A DNA stretch of 64,000 bases from Octopus sinensis (GCF_006345805.1 NC_043005.1:19840001-19904000), one strand, 5' to 3'. Shown: positions 13,031 to 25,900, counted from the stretch's first letter. A program made the numbers and translations. The notes: generated from the sequence alone by a model not told the origin.

Positions 13031-13464
13031 CATTGCTTCAGCGTATATATAGCATTGCTTCGACGTATATACAGCATCGCTTTTGCCTGTGTTCCACACG
13101 CAATGGTTATCGCCATGCGTTTGAATTTGCCACATCATAGCGGCTGTTACATTCCTAATTTCTCGTAAAACTGATTGCTGAGTAATCTCCATATTTTGCG
13201 TAAAGGAGGGGAGAAAATGGAGAAGTGAAAATCTTTCATTTTTGAAAGTCACTCAAAATGCGGGTTACACATTTGATTTATATTTATTTAGTATCTTATT
13301 TAATATATTTCTAAATATTTCAAAGATATATCATATAGAGTATTGGCACACATATGTTGAAAGGTTTTCCACAAACGATAAAGAAAAGTATATTTCTCTT
13401 CCAGATTGATTAATACAGCCATATTTTTTATGCATATATGTATCATTACTTTTGCTTCTGTAAG

Positions 13465-13660
13465 ATGGCGGCTGGCAGAACCGTTAGCATGCAGGGCGAA
13501 ATGCTTAGAAGTATTTCGTCTGTCTTTACGTTCTGAGTTCAAATTCCGCCGAGGTCGACTTTACCTTTCATCCTTGCGGGATCGATAAATTAAGTGCCAG
13601 TTGCGTACTATGGTTGAGCTAATCGACTGCCCTCCCCAAAAATTTCGACCTTATGCCTCT
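13465..13660 (+). mobile_element. SINE family A
   Basis: Head and central domain match the other copies. Confidence 0.85.
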
Positions 13661-13859
13661 CTGGGGTGTATATTTTTATTTACCCTTACGTACCTATAAC
13701 ATTTCTCGCCAGATATAGGAGAAACGGTTGTTGTTTTGGCTTAATTTTTCGAATTTTTTTCGAATAGACTTAGCTCATTTCTATTCATGTGTTCTCTTTC
13801 TCTTTTTAATTTAGAATAAATTTTGATCGGCCACTTACTCGATAAGAAGATTGCGAAGG

Positions 13860-14625
13860 AAGGCATCATAACCCTTTAAATTTTAAGGTCTTGCAGATTT
13901 TCTTAGTTTCAGATATCGTGATCATTTGTAGTCCATGAATTAAGAATTTGCGTTCTTTCCCCAAGAACCCAAGTGGGTATTCTGTTGCTCCATTAATAAT
14001 AGGTATGGAAGTGTATCTTGGGTATTGGTCCATAGACGTCCTCTTTCCCTTGTATTTTCGAACTACATTGGTGTCCAGAAGGCATCTGATTTCCACAACA
14101 GAGTATATCTTTTCCTTGTAGATATCTGGCCGGTTATGTTTTAAATTGGGAAGTTGTTTAAAATTTTAAGTTCCACCAAAACTCTTCTAACCCTTCAGTC
14201 TCAATATAATTAACTTCGTCTTTATGAATTTTCTTCTTCGTTATTCTGTTACAGACTGTTCTAGCCATCGCGTCATGCCCCATCGCAGTTGACAAATGTG
14301 GTTGATGTATTCAGTCTTGCTCTTGTGCAGCTGCATTTGTTGTCTGTCAATCTTTTCTTTCATTTGTTTTGTGGGTATTGGTGGGTATTTCTTGTCCTTG
14401 AATAGCATGGAGGTAGCCTATGAAGTGGGATGCTATAACCTTGTCGGTACTCCACGTCAAGCTTTTGACATGATCAGTCCCTTCTATGGTTTGTGTTTTT
14501 CGTGGTACGTACCCATATACTATCTTCTCAGTGACCTGGTCCATTTGTGTTCCGATAAATAGATTTACCATTGCTCCTTGGAAAGAGGTCTCTATCAGCT
14601 CTTATTTTATACCCTTTCTCAAGCT
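13860..14625 (-). mobile_element. R4/Dong-like RLE LINE, 3' fragment
   Basis: Minus-strand translation: GYLHAIQGQEIPT, DNKC, EEFWWNL, KHNRPDI (RLE PD motif), VVEIRCLLDTNV, IPIINGAT, LQMITISETKKICKTLKF. Confidence 0.8.
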
Positions 14626-14634
14626 CAATGTATG

Positions 14635-14925
14635 TGCGAGGGTAGTTAGAGCGTCAGGCTCACAATCATGAGGTTGTGAGTTCAATTCCAGGACCGGGTT
14701 GTGTGTCGTGCTCTTGAGCAAGATACTCTATTTCACGTTGCTTCACTCCATTCGGCTGTAGAAATGAGTTGGGACGTCACTGGTGCCAAGCTGTATAACC
14801 CTTTGCTCTATAGATAACATCGGTGGCGTGGAGAAAGGGGGCTGGTAGGCATGGGTGACTGCTAGTCTTCCTTAAACAACCTTGTCAAGACTTGTGCCTC
14901 GGAGGGGGAACTTTCTAGGTGCAAT
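14635..14925 (+). mobile_element. SINE family C
   Basis: tRNA-like 'gtagttagagcgtc...gagttcaattcc', CORE-like 'cttgagcaagatactc', 3' 'actttctaggtgcaat'. Confidence 0.85.
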
Positions 14926-15124
14926 ACCATATTTGTACGTATGTATGTACGTATGTTTGCATGTATGCATATACACGCATAGATGTATATGCGTGTATAT
15001 ATATATATATATATATATATGCATGCATAAATACAAGTGTGGTGTGTGTGTGTGTGTATACAAGCATGGATGTCATGCATATATTCATCATATATATTGT
15101 ACATATTTTTGATATTTTTGATAG

Positions 15125-15470
15125 GTTGTCGTAATAATCTGATTAGGCATGTTCTTTCTGTTTTTGTGCAACTCAGCGTCTCAAGATTGGCATCAAGGTA
15201 GTTAGTCACGTAGGCAGGTTCTCCGATAATAATTGGTAGAAATCCATAATTAGAGTCTGCATGGGTAACTGTAGATTTCTTTTAGATGTTTTCTTTTTCC
15301 CTAATCTTTAATATTATGTAGACATCAGCTGAACAAGTGATCTCTGCTTCTGTATGTTTCTTTCCAATGTAACAGACCACTATATCTGGTATGTTTTACT
15401 TGCGTTTTATTAAGTCTTGGTCAGTATATTCCACCAGTATTCTTTCAAATCGTGTATAGTTATACCCTCT
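15125..15470 (-). mobile_element. R4/Dong-like RLE LINE, 3' fragment
   Basis: Minus-strand translation: YWWNI, IPDIVVCYIGKKHTEAEITCSADV, LKIREKENI, then TNYLDANLETL...LIRLL. Confidence 0.75.
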
Positions 15471-15492
15471 AATCATAATAGCTGCTTATATG

Positions 15493-15880
15493 TGGAGGCG
15501 CAATGGCCCAGTGGTTAGGGCAGTGGACTTGCGGTCATAGGATCGCGGTTTCGATTCCTAGACCGGGCGTTGTGAGTGTTTATTGAGCGAAAACACCTAA
15601 AGCTCCACGAGGCTCCGGCAGGGGATGGTGGTGATCCCTGCTGTACTCTTTCATCATAACTTTCTCCCACTCTTACTTCCTGTTTCTGTTGTACCTGTAT
15701 TTCAAAGGGCCAGCCTTGTCACTCTCTGTGTCACGCTGAATATCCCCGAGAACTACGTTTAGGGTACACGTGTCTGTGGAGTGCTCAGCCACTTACACGT
15801 TAATTTCATGAGCAGGCTGTTCCGTTGATTCGGATTAACCGGAACCCGCGTCGTCGTAACCGACGGAGTGCTTCCATCCA
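15493..15880 (+). mobile_element. SINE family B, full length (tRNA-derived head)
   Basis: A box 'tggcccagtggtta' and B box 'ggtttcgattcc'. The same head occurs at 26771. Ends 'cgacggagtgcttcca' then (tcca)n. Confidence 0.88.
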
Positions 15881-16878
15881 TCCAATAGTTTTTTATATTT
15901 AATCCAGCGGATTTCATAATATAATGACATAGCTACGACATCGTGTCTCATAGGTAGGCCATACCTGATGACACTTTTCGAAAACTACTTATGATTGTGG
16001 ATGACATCCTAAATGTTTGTTCCACAGTGTCTTCATCTTTATCACTTCCAGGTAGTTTACCTAAACCCCTACATAACATATCTGATACTATCCATACATA
16101 CTCGTGCACAGACATACCATTCTGTATGCACTGACGTGCAAGGTGACTGCATAAGACTACTGGTATTTTCTGGTTATTTTATGCACTTGTTTTTCAAAGG
16201 TGTATTTTTCAATATCTCGGTTGTTAGTCCACAGTAGACTACTCCTGATTTCCATCGTTGCTGTCACTTTGATCTCCTCTAGAAATTTAGCTGTGCATGA
16301 CCTTGTGCTGGTATATATGCAGCTTCTCTTTTGGTGAACTATTGCAGAAGAGTTGAACAAATTTTCTGGCTGTGTATCCCAAGTTATCAATTATAGGATA
16401 CTTTCTGGAATCCTTTCCAGCTCCCACTCTTTAATGAATGGCTGTTAAACACCGCTAAGCTAAACGAAATACTTACTGGTAGGAGATGTTGAGTCGTGAA
16501 AATACGAAAAAAAGGGTAGGCGAATTCCAACGAAGAAAACTGATAATACTGAGAAAGCGAACACTGGCTGTTTTACGATTAATGGCTATTTTTATATGAA
16601 TGGCTGTTAAACACTGTTAAGTGAATTCAAATACTTAGGAGAAGTTGCGTCGGGAAAATACGTTAAACAGGTACACGAATTCCAACGGACTGGGAAAATT
16701 TTACATACATATACATGCACACATCCATCCATCCATACATACATACATACATACAGACAGATAGACAGACAGACAGACAGACAGTCATATTCAAGAGTTT
16801 TATTCGACATATAACGGTCAAGTTTAGAAATGTACTTTTGCTTCCATGGGTAATATCAGGAAATATGCCATACGTATA

Positions 16879-17372
16879 ACGACTTTGCCTTTCATCCTTT
16901 CGGGGTCGATTAACTAAGTACCAGTTACGCACTGGTGTCGATATAATCGACTTAATTCGCTTGTCTGTCCTTGTTTGTCCTCCCTGTGTTTAGCCCCCTG
17001 TGGGTGATAAAGAAATAGGTATTTCGTCTGCCGCCACGTTCTGAGTTCAAATTCCGCCCAGGTCGACTTTGCCTTTCATCCTTTGGAAGTCGATTAAATA
17101 AGTATCAGTTACGCACTGGGGTCGATGTAATCGACTTAATCCGTTTGTCTGTCCTTGTTTGTTCTCTCTGTGTTTAGCCCCTTGTGGGTAGTAAAGAAAT
17201 AGGTATTTCGTCCGTCTTTATGTTCTGAGCTCAAATTCCGCCGAGGTCGACTTTGCTTTTCATCCCTTCGGGGTCGATAAATTAAGTACCAGTTGCGTAC
17301 TGGGATCGATCTAATCGACTGGTCACCTCCCCAAAAAGGTTGAGGCTTGTACCTAGAGTAGAAAAGATTATG
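16879..17372 (+). mobile_element. Headless tandem array (~185-bp unit, 3 central domains) of SINE family A
   Basis: 'gactttgc.tttcatcc.tt.g..gtcgat' at ~16880, ~17065 and ~17248. Confidence 0.9.
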
Positions 17373-17690
17373 ATTTGCTTTCAAATTTCTTGTTCCTTAG
17401 ACAAAATGATTGAAATGAATTCTAATTTTCAAAGAAAATGTTATTTTACTATGTTACTTGTTCCCTGTCCTCTTGCTCTGTCTCTGCAATCCTTTCTCTC
17501 TTATTGTTTGTGTAGGAAAAGCGTTCTTCACTCCTTGCCTTACACCAAATCTCATATATATACTCATCCTGCTCCTCCACTCTCCTGCTGACTCCTTCTG
17601 AGTCTCTCACTTTCACTCTATCTCTCTATCTATCTCTATCTAACTATCAATCTTTCTCTCTCTCTCTCTCTCTCTATTTATCTATCTATC

Positions 17691-17735
<45 letters not shown>

Positions 17736-18037
17736 TTTTAATACTTTTTGATAGTTATATATATTTAACTTTTAAAAAAGTTAATCAATTAATTAATAAA
17801 TTAAAAGTTTAAAAGTTTAAAAATTTATAATTTTAAATTTTAAAAAATATATTAAAAAATACAAAATTTATAAATATAAATTAAAAATTTTAAATTTTAA
17901 ATTTTATATTTTATATATTTGCATATTATATTAATTATTGATTTATTTTTATGTATTGGTTTATGTTTTTCACTGCTTGATTTGCCTAATAGTGGGTTTT
18001 TTATCTCTAATATAATATATATATATTATATATAGAT

Positions 18038-18100
<63 letters not shown>

Positions 18101-18106
18101 TATATA

Positions 18107-18252
18107 ATATGTTACATTACTCAATAGCCAATTAAAACTCTGAGTTTCAGATGCCGAAGTGGAAATCCACAACACCATCTCTTCGGTTGTGGATTTCCAC
18201 TTCGGCATCTGAAACTCAGAGTTTTATTTGACTATTGAGTAATGTAACATAT
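18107..18252. repeat. Near-perfect hairpin (67-bp arms, 12-nt loop) containing a degenerate HHR on the minus strand
   Basis: Arms 18107-18173 and 18186-18252, 2 mismatches seen. The minus strand reads ccgaaga-gatg...catc-t-gaaa-ctc-a-gag-tt. Confidence 0.9.
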
Positions 18253-18368
18253 ATTTTTATAGATAAATTTCCTCTGTTTACATAATATTGAGGTCTCTTC
18301 TTTCTTTTGTTATCTTACCATTTTTACCAATATATATATATATTATATATATATTATATATATAATAT

Positions 18369-18418
<50 letters not shown>

Positions 18419-18649
18419 ATTCTATCTCTACCTCTACCGCTCTCTGTATATTGTAAAGCGTGACTGCAAGAATTATCCAACCATTCAGTCAACATTTATA
18501 TCGACCATTATGAAAGATATACGAAAATGAAAGTGAAACGAGAGCGTGAGATTTGTACTGCGGTGTAGGACAACAACACTAGAGAAATGTTTAGGAGGGA
18601 AATGTACGCAGAAAATCTTAAAGTCACCTGGTATGTCAATGTATACAGT

Positions 18650-19310
18650 ATTTTGTGTGTATGTCTGTGTGTGTGTGTGTGAGTGTATCTGTGCACACGT
18701 GGATATGTGTGTATGTGTGAGTGCAGACGTATGTAGGCATGTGAGTGGATTCGTGTGCGTGTGAGCGTCAGGGTGTGTATGCGTGCGTGTGCGTACCAGT
18801 ATGTATAGGTGAGTGTATGTGTGCATGCGCACGTGTGTGTGTCTCTGTATGTGCGTGTGTGTATATGTGAGTGTATCTGTGAGTGTAGATCTGTATATGT
18901 GAGTGTAGATGTGGATATGTGTGTATATGTGTGTGCAGGCGTATGTCGGCGTGTGGAGGGGTGTGCGCGCATGTGAGCCTCAGGGTGTGTATGCGTGAAT
19001 GCGTGTGTGTCCATGCGTATGTGAGCCAGTATGTATGTGTATGTGAGTGTATGTGTATATGCGCACTTGTGTGTGTATGTGTGCCTGTGTGTATGTGTGT
19101 GTGTGTGTATGTGAGTGTACCTGTGCACATGGGGATATGTGTGTATGTGTGTGTAGGCGAATGTGAGTGGCTGTGTGCGCGTGTGGGCGCCAAGTGTATA
19201 TGCATGTGTGTGCGTGTGTGTGCCAGTATGTATATGTACGTCAGTGTATGTGTGTATGCGCACATGAGTATGTATGTGTGTCTGTGTGTGTGCGTGTGTG
19301 TGTGTGTAAG
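18650..19310 (+). repeat. Cryptic ~210-bp minisatellite (3 diverged units) in TG-rich sequence
   Basis: Anchors ggatatgtgtg at ~18702, ~18913, ~19133 and ccagtatgtat at ~18797, ~19026, ~19223. Confidence 0.75.
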
Positions 19311-19554
19311 AGAGAGAGGTCGTTTTGTAACGGTACACTGGAATTTGAAAAAAACTTTAATTAATTTATATATTATCATTGTAATTAAAAGACAAAAATG
19401 TTACAGACATGATCCATTCATTGTCATTATTTTCTGATAAAATGGATTAGTTGATAATATTGAAATTATCATCTTTGCTTGCTATTGTCGGATTTTAATG
19501 AAACACAGAGGGAAATTTTACCACCTAAATGCAAGAATAATCTTTGTTAATTGA

Positions 19555-20430
19555 AGCTTTTCAACTCACTGTAGAACATAAAAACAACCGACGAGTGTAG
19601 ATGCGGAGAGGAAGCGACGGTTAGACATGTTCCGTCAAATTGCAGACTAGCACTAGAAAGATATACATGGCGGCATAGTCAAGTCCTCGGTGTCATAAGC
19701 GCAGCACTCAAGGATAAGATCGAGAAGTACAATAGAGGAGAATACTCAAAAGTAGAAAAGCGCAGGAGAATATACTTCCACAAGGAGGGGAAAGGTTATA
19801 AGCCAGGCCTACAAGTAAAGTATACGAGATAGACGAAAGATGGAAGGGATACTGGGAGGTGGCCACAGACTTGGAAAGACAAGTGATATTTCCAGTAATA
19901 AAACAACGAAAAGACCGGAGTTAGTTCTATGGAACAGAGACCGGAGAATGGGAATTTTACTAGAACTCACAGTACCTTGGGAAGAGAACATCGGCAATGC
20001 AGAGGAGATGAGGTATGAAAAGCTAATCGAAGAATGCAGAGAACAGGGATGGAATGTCGAATATTATCACCTGGCAGTGGGAGCTAGAGGCTTCATTGAA
20101 AAGAAAATGACAACGCTTTTCAAAAGAAGATTTGTTTTTTCTAGCCCCGAGCTGCGTAAACTAATAAGGAGAGTACATGAGGCGGTTGAAAAAGCCAGCT
20201 TCTATATATGGCTGAAGCGGGAAGACCAAAAATGGCTTGAAAGTTATAAACACACCGACGGGAAATAACATTATTAGTTGAGACAAGCTGACTGAAGGAG
20301 ACGGTCGTTTAGAAAAAGCGCGGGCTAAAACTACGCGCCTTCACTAGTCAGTTAAGGTGAGACAGTGTCACGTGACAACTTGCTGGGGCTGCCTGCTGGA
20401 GCCTATGCGGCAGGTATTTAAAGGGAAAAT
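19555..20430 (+). mobile_element. 5'-truncated HERO-like RLE non-LTR retrotransposon (Zn knuckle, endonuclease, 3' UTR)
   Basis: From 19592: ECRCGEEATVRHVPSNCRLALERYTWRHSQVLGVI (CCHC). ORF 19840-20268 has KRPELVLW..ILLELTVPWEENI..RYEKLIEECREQGW..AVGARGF..EKASFYIWLKR. Confidence 0.88.
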
Positions 20431-21673
20431 TTGACAAGACAGTCAGTCACCGGCTGACACTCGCTGACGATACATCGAAGAGGCCAGGGAACAGAAGAAA
20501 GAAGACAGAAGACATGCACCCAATACCAGAGCTGAAGACACCTCCGAAAGTGGGGGGGGGCGCCACGTCAAAACGGTAGAGGAGTAGGGGCCAAAACCGG
20601 ACGTGGTTCCTCCTGATGATGTCTTGAGCTAACTGGATCTTATAAAGCAGCTGTTGTGGTAGCAGACCACGAAACACGGTTGTAATTCCTTACTCACTAT
20701 ATCATTTTATTTATAATATATTTCTATAAATTTCATACTCAGCCTATATAAAACTATACTGGTATATATTTTATATCACTATATATTTTATATTACAAAA
20801 ATATGCTCTAAAATTATTAGCATATAAAAAATATATAAATTTTCAACATATTCCTTTAATTCAACTTGTTAATACCAAAAGTTCCTATTTAATAACTAAC
20901 TATAAATATATGTTAAGTTAGTATAGAAATATATAAATATGGAATTATTTCTATATTCTCCATCACTCTATTGTGAAAAATACTGAAATTATTCTGATTT
21001 TTTTTTTTTTTGTGAAAATAATTCTCTAAAATGTACCTATGTATATGAAAATAACACTGGGCCGTCAAATAGTTAAGTATTATAAGTTTTACTCTCCCTA
21101 CCCAATCAGCTTTAGCCTGCAAATTTTGGCTGAAATATATTCTTACTGAACCAAATGGTTTTACTTCAAAGAAATCTTGATTTATGACTTTGCCACATAA
21201 ATTGTCTTTTTACCCTATCCATTAAAGATAGGTTCTAGTTTCTATTAGACTTGATAAACTAGTCTATAAATTAGAACTAACCCCCTCCCCCATTTGTAAA
21301 TCTGAATAACAAAATAAAATCAATGATAAGCAGTGTCTTCCTGTGAAAGAATATCAGTTACAACTATGATGTCGTTGATGAAACATGTTCTTTGTCTATC
21401 GACTTATCCTCTTTGTGATTTTGGATAATAAGAAAACTATACAAATGAATCCTTCGAATTTAACTAAATTCTATATTCTTATGCAGCTGAAGATTGCTCT
21501 ACGTTTTAAAATTGATGTAATATTTTCATTGTTCAATTAAATGGAGTTGCATGAAACGATCGTACTGCATTGCTTCTGGATATCCTTGTTGCTTATTTTG
21601 ATTATAATCACCCCATTTTGAATACTATACTAAATTCTGGTACCATATTCAACTGAATCTAAATGTTACCGAA

Positions 21674-21734
<61 letters not shown>

Positions 21735-21769
21735 GTGTTCGTATGCCCTTTATATTCTGTGTACATATA

Positions 21770-21990
21770 TATGTGTGTGTGTGAGTATGTATTTGTGTGT
21801 CTGTTTTTGTCCCCCCCGCCATCGCTTGGCAACCGATGTTGGTGTGCTTACGTCCCCGTAACCTAGAGGTTCGGCAAAAGAGACCCATAAATTAATTACT
21901 CTTCTTACAAAGAATAAGTCCTGGGGTCAATTTGCTCGACTAAAGGCGGTGCTCCAACATGACAGCAGTCAAATGACTGGAACAGGTAAG
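21770..21990 (+). mobile_element. SINE family D, 3' half
   Basis: Matches the family D tail. Confidence 0.85.
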
Positions 21991-23329
21991 AAAAATATAA
22001 GAATGCTTAAGTGTATGTGCTTCTATTTAAGCGTGAGTATTGTTTTGGTTTCATTACAGTTCATTGAAATAGAAAGCATTCTGAAAAGTAGTAAGAAAAT
22101 GTGAGTAATATCAAGGTTCATAAGTTTTTGTGTGGTCTTTTGACCTCTTAATCCTATTTGAAAATTATTGTTCTTCAATACTCTCTGTTGGTTTAATCTT
22201 TATATCTCCAGCTGTCTGTTCATTATTGAATTCATTTATATCATATTTTTAATATGTACTTTTAAATACTTCTTAGAACCTTTCATTCACTATAATTACT
22301 GTACTTCCTTTTGCTTATCCGTCCTTGTTTTTTTCTTTCTTTTTTGTTAACATTAAGGATGGTCAATTCCCTGAATTTTGGTCTAACACCTTAACTGATA
22401 TGAATGCATGTATTTATTTCTACTGACCACATCAAGCTAATACTATCTAGTCTCAATCTTCCATACATTGTACGTATAAAGAAAATATATTGTATTTATA
22501 CTTAGAGTTGAAACATTAACAAATTAGTTCAAACCTGTTTTTGGTACATTTTAGCATATTTTCTCCTCTGACATCACAATCTGACCCATAGCAGTTTTTC
22601 TGCCACAACTTCTCCAACAGCAAATCTATCCAAATATCCGCACCGTAAACAAACCTTCAGAAAAATATATAGTTTACTAGGGAGAGAATTTGTGGCTTAA
22701 TCAGATATTTTCTTTGGAAAATCAAAAATTTTAAGAATTTTCCAACTACAGTCTAAGCAAAGTGCAAAAGAAAATTGCTGATCGAAAACGACCCAGCCGG
22801 AATCCTTTTTTGTAGCCTTTTTAGAAACACTTTTTATCACGGCAGTTTTTGTGCTGACATAAGGAACATTTGAGGTGGTGAAAATATCTGCAGAAAGCTA
22901 ACTTTAAATTGACATAATTTTTTCGGTGCTTTTGAATAATTATTTTGTTGTTAAAGCAAAGCTTCACTCTAGTTTAATGTATTATGTCTTTAAGAAGCAA
23001 ATTTTTAACTCCAATTTTTGTGAAATATGTCCTCCCTGTCCACTGTGAGGTACGTCCGATTGACTTTCGTACAGCTCCATCTTTAGAACCCCCTAATTTG
23101 ACCAACCTAATGCAAATTTTGCTCATTTCGTAGATTTTTAACCAAAATGCATTGGGTCTATGAAATTTATGGCTATATTTCTTCATTTTCCAGCTAAATT
23201 TTTAGGATGCAGTGTTATAAAATACTCGACTAATAACATATTTTGATGTATGAAAACATTACTTTTATATATTGCAACTTTGTCTAAAATAAGTTAAAAT
23301 ATGTATTTACAAAAAATGATAAGTGGAAA

Positions 23330-24400
23330 ATCATCTGCGTGCACCGAATTTAACCTCCAGAGATGGAAAATCACGGGTAAGTGATATGTTACTGTAGAAA
23401 ATTTTCCGTTCATGTATGTTACTTTACAAACATACATGATAGTGATGCACGGCATGATAATGATTCACAGTGCCATTATACAAAAGCAGTGTTTGAAAAT
23501 CTTCTTAGTATTTGAGATATTTTATTATATATTGCTCGAACAAGAATTAATACACACTGTAAGGATAACGTTATGAAATGTAGGCCTACTAAAACTTAAA
23601 CAAGAGAGTTAAAGGTTCGCATTCAAATACTAGCCAATGTCAATCTTAAAATAAGACAAGAATATCTTGGTAGAAGGTGCCTGAAAGAATATATTTATGA
23701 GTTGAACAGAAAATGGCACCCCTGTATAAAGCAACGAAGGAGAAACTGGCATTACTTGTTGCCAATAGAGTTGGGAACTTTAAACTGAAACCAATGATAG
23801 TTCATCACTCTGAAAATCCGAAAGTTTGGAAAGAAACACTATAGAAATTATGCCAGTCATTTGGAAAGTAAACGAAAAAACTTGCGATACGGCATTTATG
23901 TTTAAAAATTGTTTATGTTTAAAAATGTTCATTATGTTCCTTGCAGTTAAAGAATATTGTATCAGAAATGATTTATGATTTAACGCGGTGCTCGTAGTAT
24001 TAGATAATGTTCATGGGTATCCCAAAAAATTCTGTTATTTTTATTCAGTAATTAAAAAGGTTATTTTGCGTTCAAACGCCACAGGCCACTAGATCAAACA
24101 GTATTATCAATCTTCAAGATCTATTACTGTAGGAAAACATGTTAAATAAGCTAACAACACATCTGATAAAGAAGATCGTGGCAACTTAAAAGATTTCCAG
24201 AAAAGAAGTAATATCTAGAGTGCTATCAATGATATTAGATTCACTCGAGAGGAGATAAAAGAATGAATAATAGTTGCTGGAAAAATTTATGCTAAAATAT
24301 CAAACTTTAAACCATTTTGATATCATACTTCCGTGGAAATACACTGCCTTTGTTTCAAATAATTTTGAAAGTAATTAAGAATTTAGTAAATAACTTCGTA
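23330..24400 (+). mobile_element. Tigger/pogo transposase remnant
   Basis: Manual translation: APLYKATKEKLALLVANRVGNFKLKPMIVHHSENPKV, PVIWKVNEK, LVVLDNVHGYP, PLDQ..LSIFKIYY. These are TIGD1/Tigger-like DDE motifs. Confidence 0.8.
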
Positions 24401-25289
24401 ATTATCAATCTGGTGTTTGGAGCATAAATTAACAGGAAATTTTGATGAAACGTTTTAATTTAGATTACTGGTAGTATCATAACACCAGGAGAGTTCTCAG
24501 GTGCCTTTGTAACAAAAGGGTTAGATTTTGAGGATAATTCTGAAGCTGTTACAGAGGAACGTTGTTCAGCTTATAGATAAGCTTGGCTCACAAGTAACCA
24601 CTGAAGAAGTAAACGAGATAATTGTACCTTATTCATAGCCTCTAATTTTGAACGAAACAACTTTGACTTGTTAGAAAAGAAAAATGATGAAATAGTGCTA
24701 ACTTAATATATGACCTTCACTAGACTTGGAGGCTGATTCACGTTCATGATGGTCTGGGGTTTATGCTCCAGACTCTAGTTGTAGGTCAATACAAGGCTTT
24801 GATCATTTTGGGGGGTTTGGGGGGGGGGTTACATTTATTGATTAACCGAAAGTTGTAGCTGCATATCGAAAATGATGCGTAATATTTTGAATACCATCAG
24901 TAGAATTAGATACTAGAGCTGCGTAATCTTTGAAGAGAGGATCGCGAATACACATAACACGATATTAAGAATCCATCGTCCACTCTTGAACAGATATACA
25001 CTACATTTGTGAGCTTGCCATCTTTTCAAATACAGTACCCAGAAATAATTCGTTCTACTGTAGGCACGACGTCTGTAATTTTGTGGGAGTGGGGAAATTC
25101 GATTACATTAAATTTGAACCCAGGACGTAAAGACAAAAGAATGACATGCAGTTTAGCCTTTTATCTAACGTGCTAACGATTCAGCCTGTCCACCGCTTTA
25201 TGCACCCAAAACTAATGCAAATAACATTGAAGTAAATATACTGCTTTACTTTACTCCATAAGAGACTAGAAAAGTAGCCGAGATGTTGC

Positions 25290-25900
25290 ATTTAAGAACT
25301 ACCTACCTATCTCTGCATATTAGTTCAGAAACATGTATATCTTTTGAATAGAGTCCACAAGCCCTCTCTTCCCACACTGTCGAAAGCCTTCGTAAAATTG
25401 ATGAATACGATGGAAAATGGAATACGCTATCCAATAAGATTTTCGTAAATGTGAAGCTAGGTGTAAATGATAACACTGATGCTTCCATCCATACGAAATC
25501 TTCATTTGATTCCATGATGCATTCGCTCAGTTACTTTGCTACAATTTTGCTTGCAATTGAGAGAAAATAGCTTCCACACATCTATCGGTAGCTCTTCTAT
25601 GTGTAAAGGGGGAACTAGGAAATGTTATTCTCTAGAGAATTGGAGAACTTTACAGTGCAAATAGGAATACTGACATGACACAAAACTGGACAAAACTCTT
25701 GATCTCAACACCAAGAGCTTTTCCCGGTTCGGATATGTGGGTGTCAGGTATTGCCCCCGCCCTATATTTGGCTTCGAGAAATTGTCGCATACTTTCGAAA
25801 TTTTCACGAGAAATTGTTGAGAGACAGGTCAGTAGCTCACTAAAATGCCACGTCAATACTTCAGAATCTCACCTTCATTTGTGTTGAATTTTGAACCATG
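25290..25900 (-). mobile_element. RTE-clade LINE reverse transcriptase fragment
   Basis: Minus-strand translation: AKYRAGAIPD, FLSIASKIVAK, ESNEDF, VFINFTKAFDSVGREGLW (RT KAFDSV motif). Confidence 0.82.

Noticed and set aside
15493-15570. tRNA-like sequences (also 26338, 26771 and family A/D heads)
   Set aside because: A/B boxes are present but run into SINE bodies, with no acceptor stem or terminator. They are not tRNA genes.
16157-16390. 77-aa minus-strand ORF as a host exon or piggyBac fragment
   Set aside because: No recognisable motif, flanked by stops, and no convincing splice sites.
16879-17372. Regularly spaced repeats as a possible CRISPR array
   Set aside because: The units are ~185-bp SINE segments without unique spacers, in a eukaryotic context with no cas genes.
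17731-17935. Almost pure A/T tract without clear periodicity
   Set aside because: It adjoins long (TA)n runs and may be low-quality consensus. No function can be supported.
24808-24830. G-run cluster as a possible G-quadruplex (also ~62236-62268)
   Set aside because: Short homopolymer runs are common and error-prone, and there is no supporting context.
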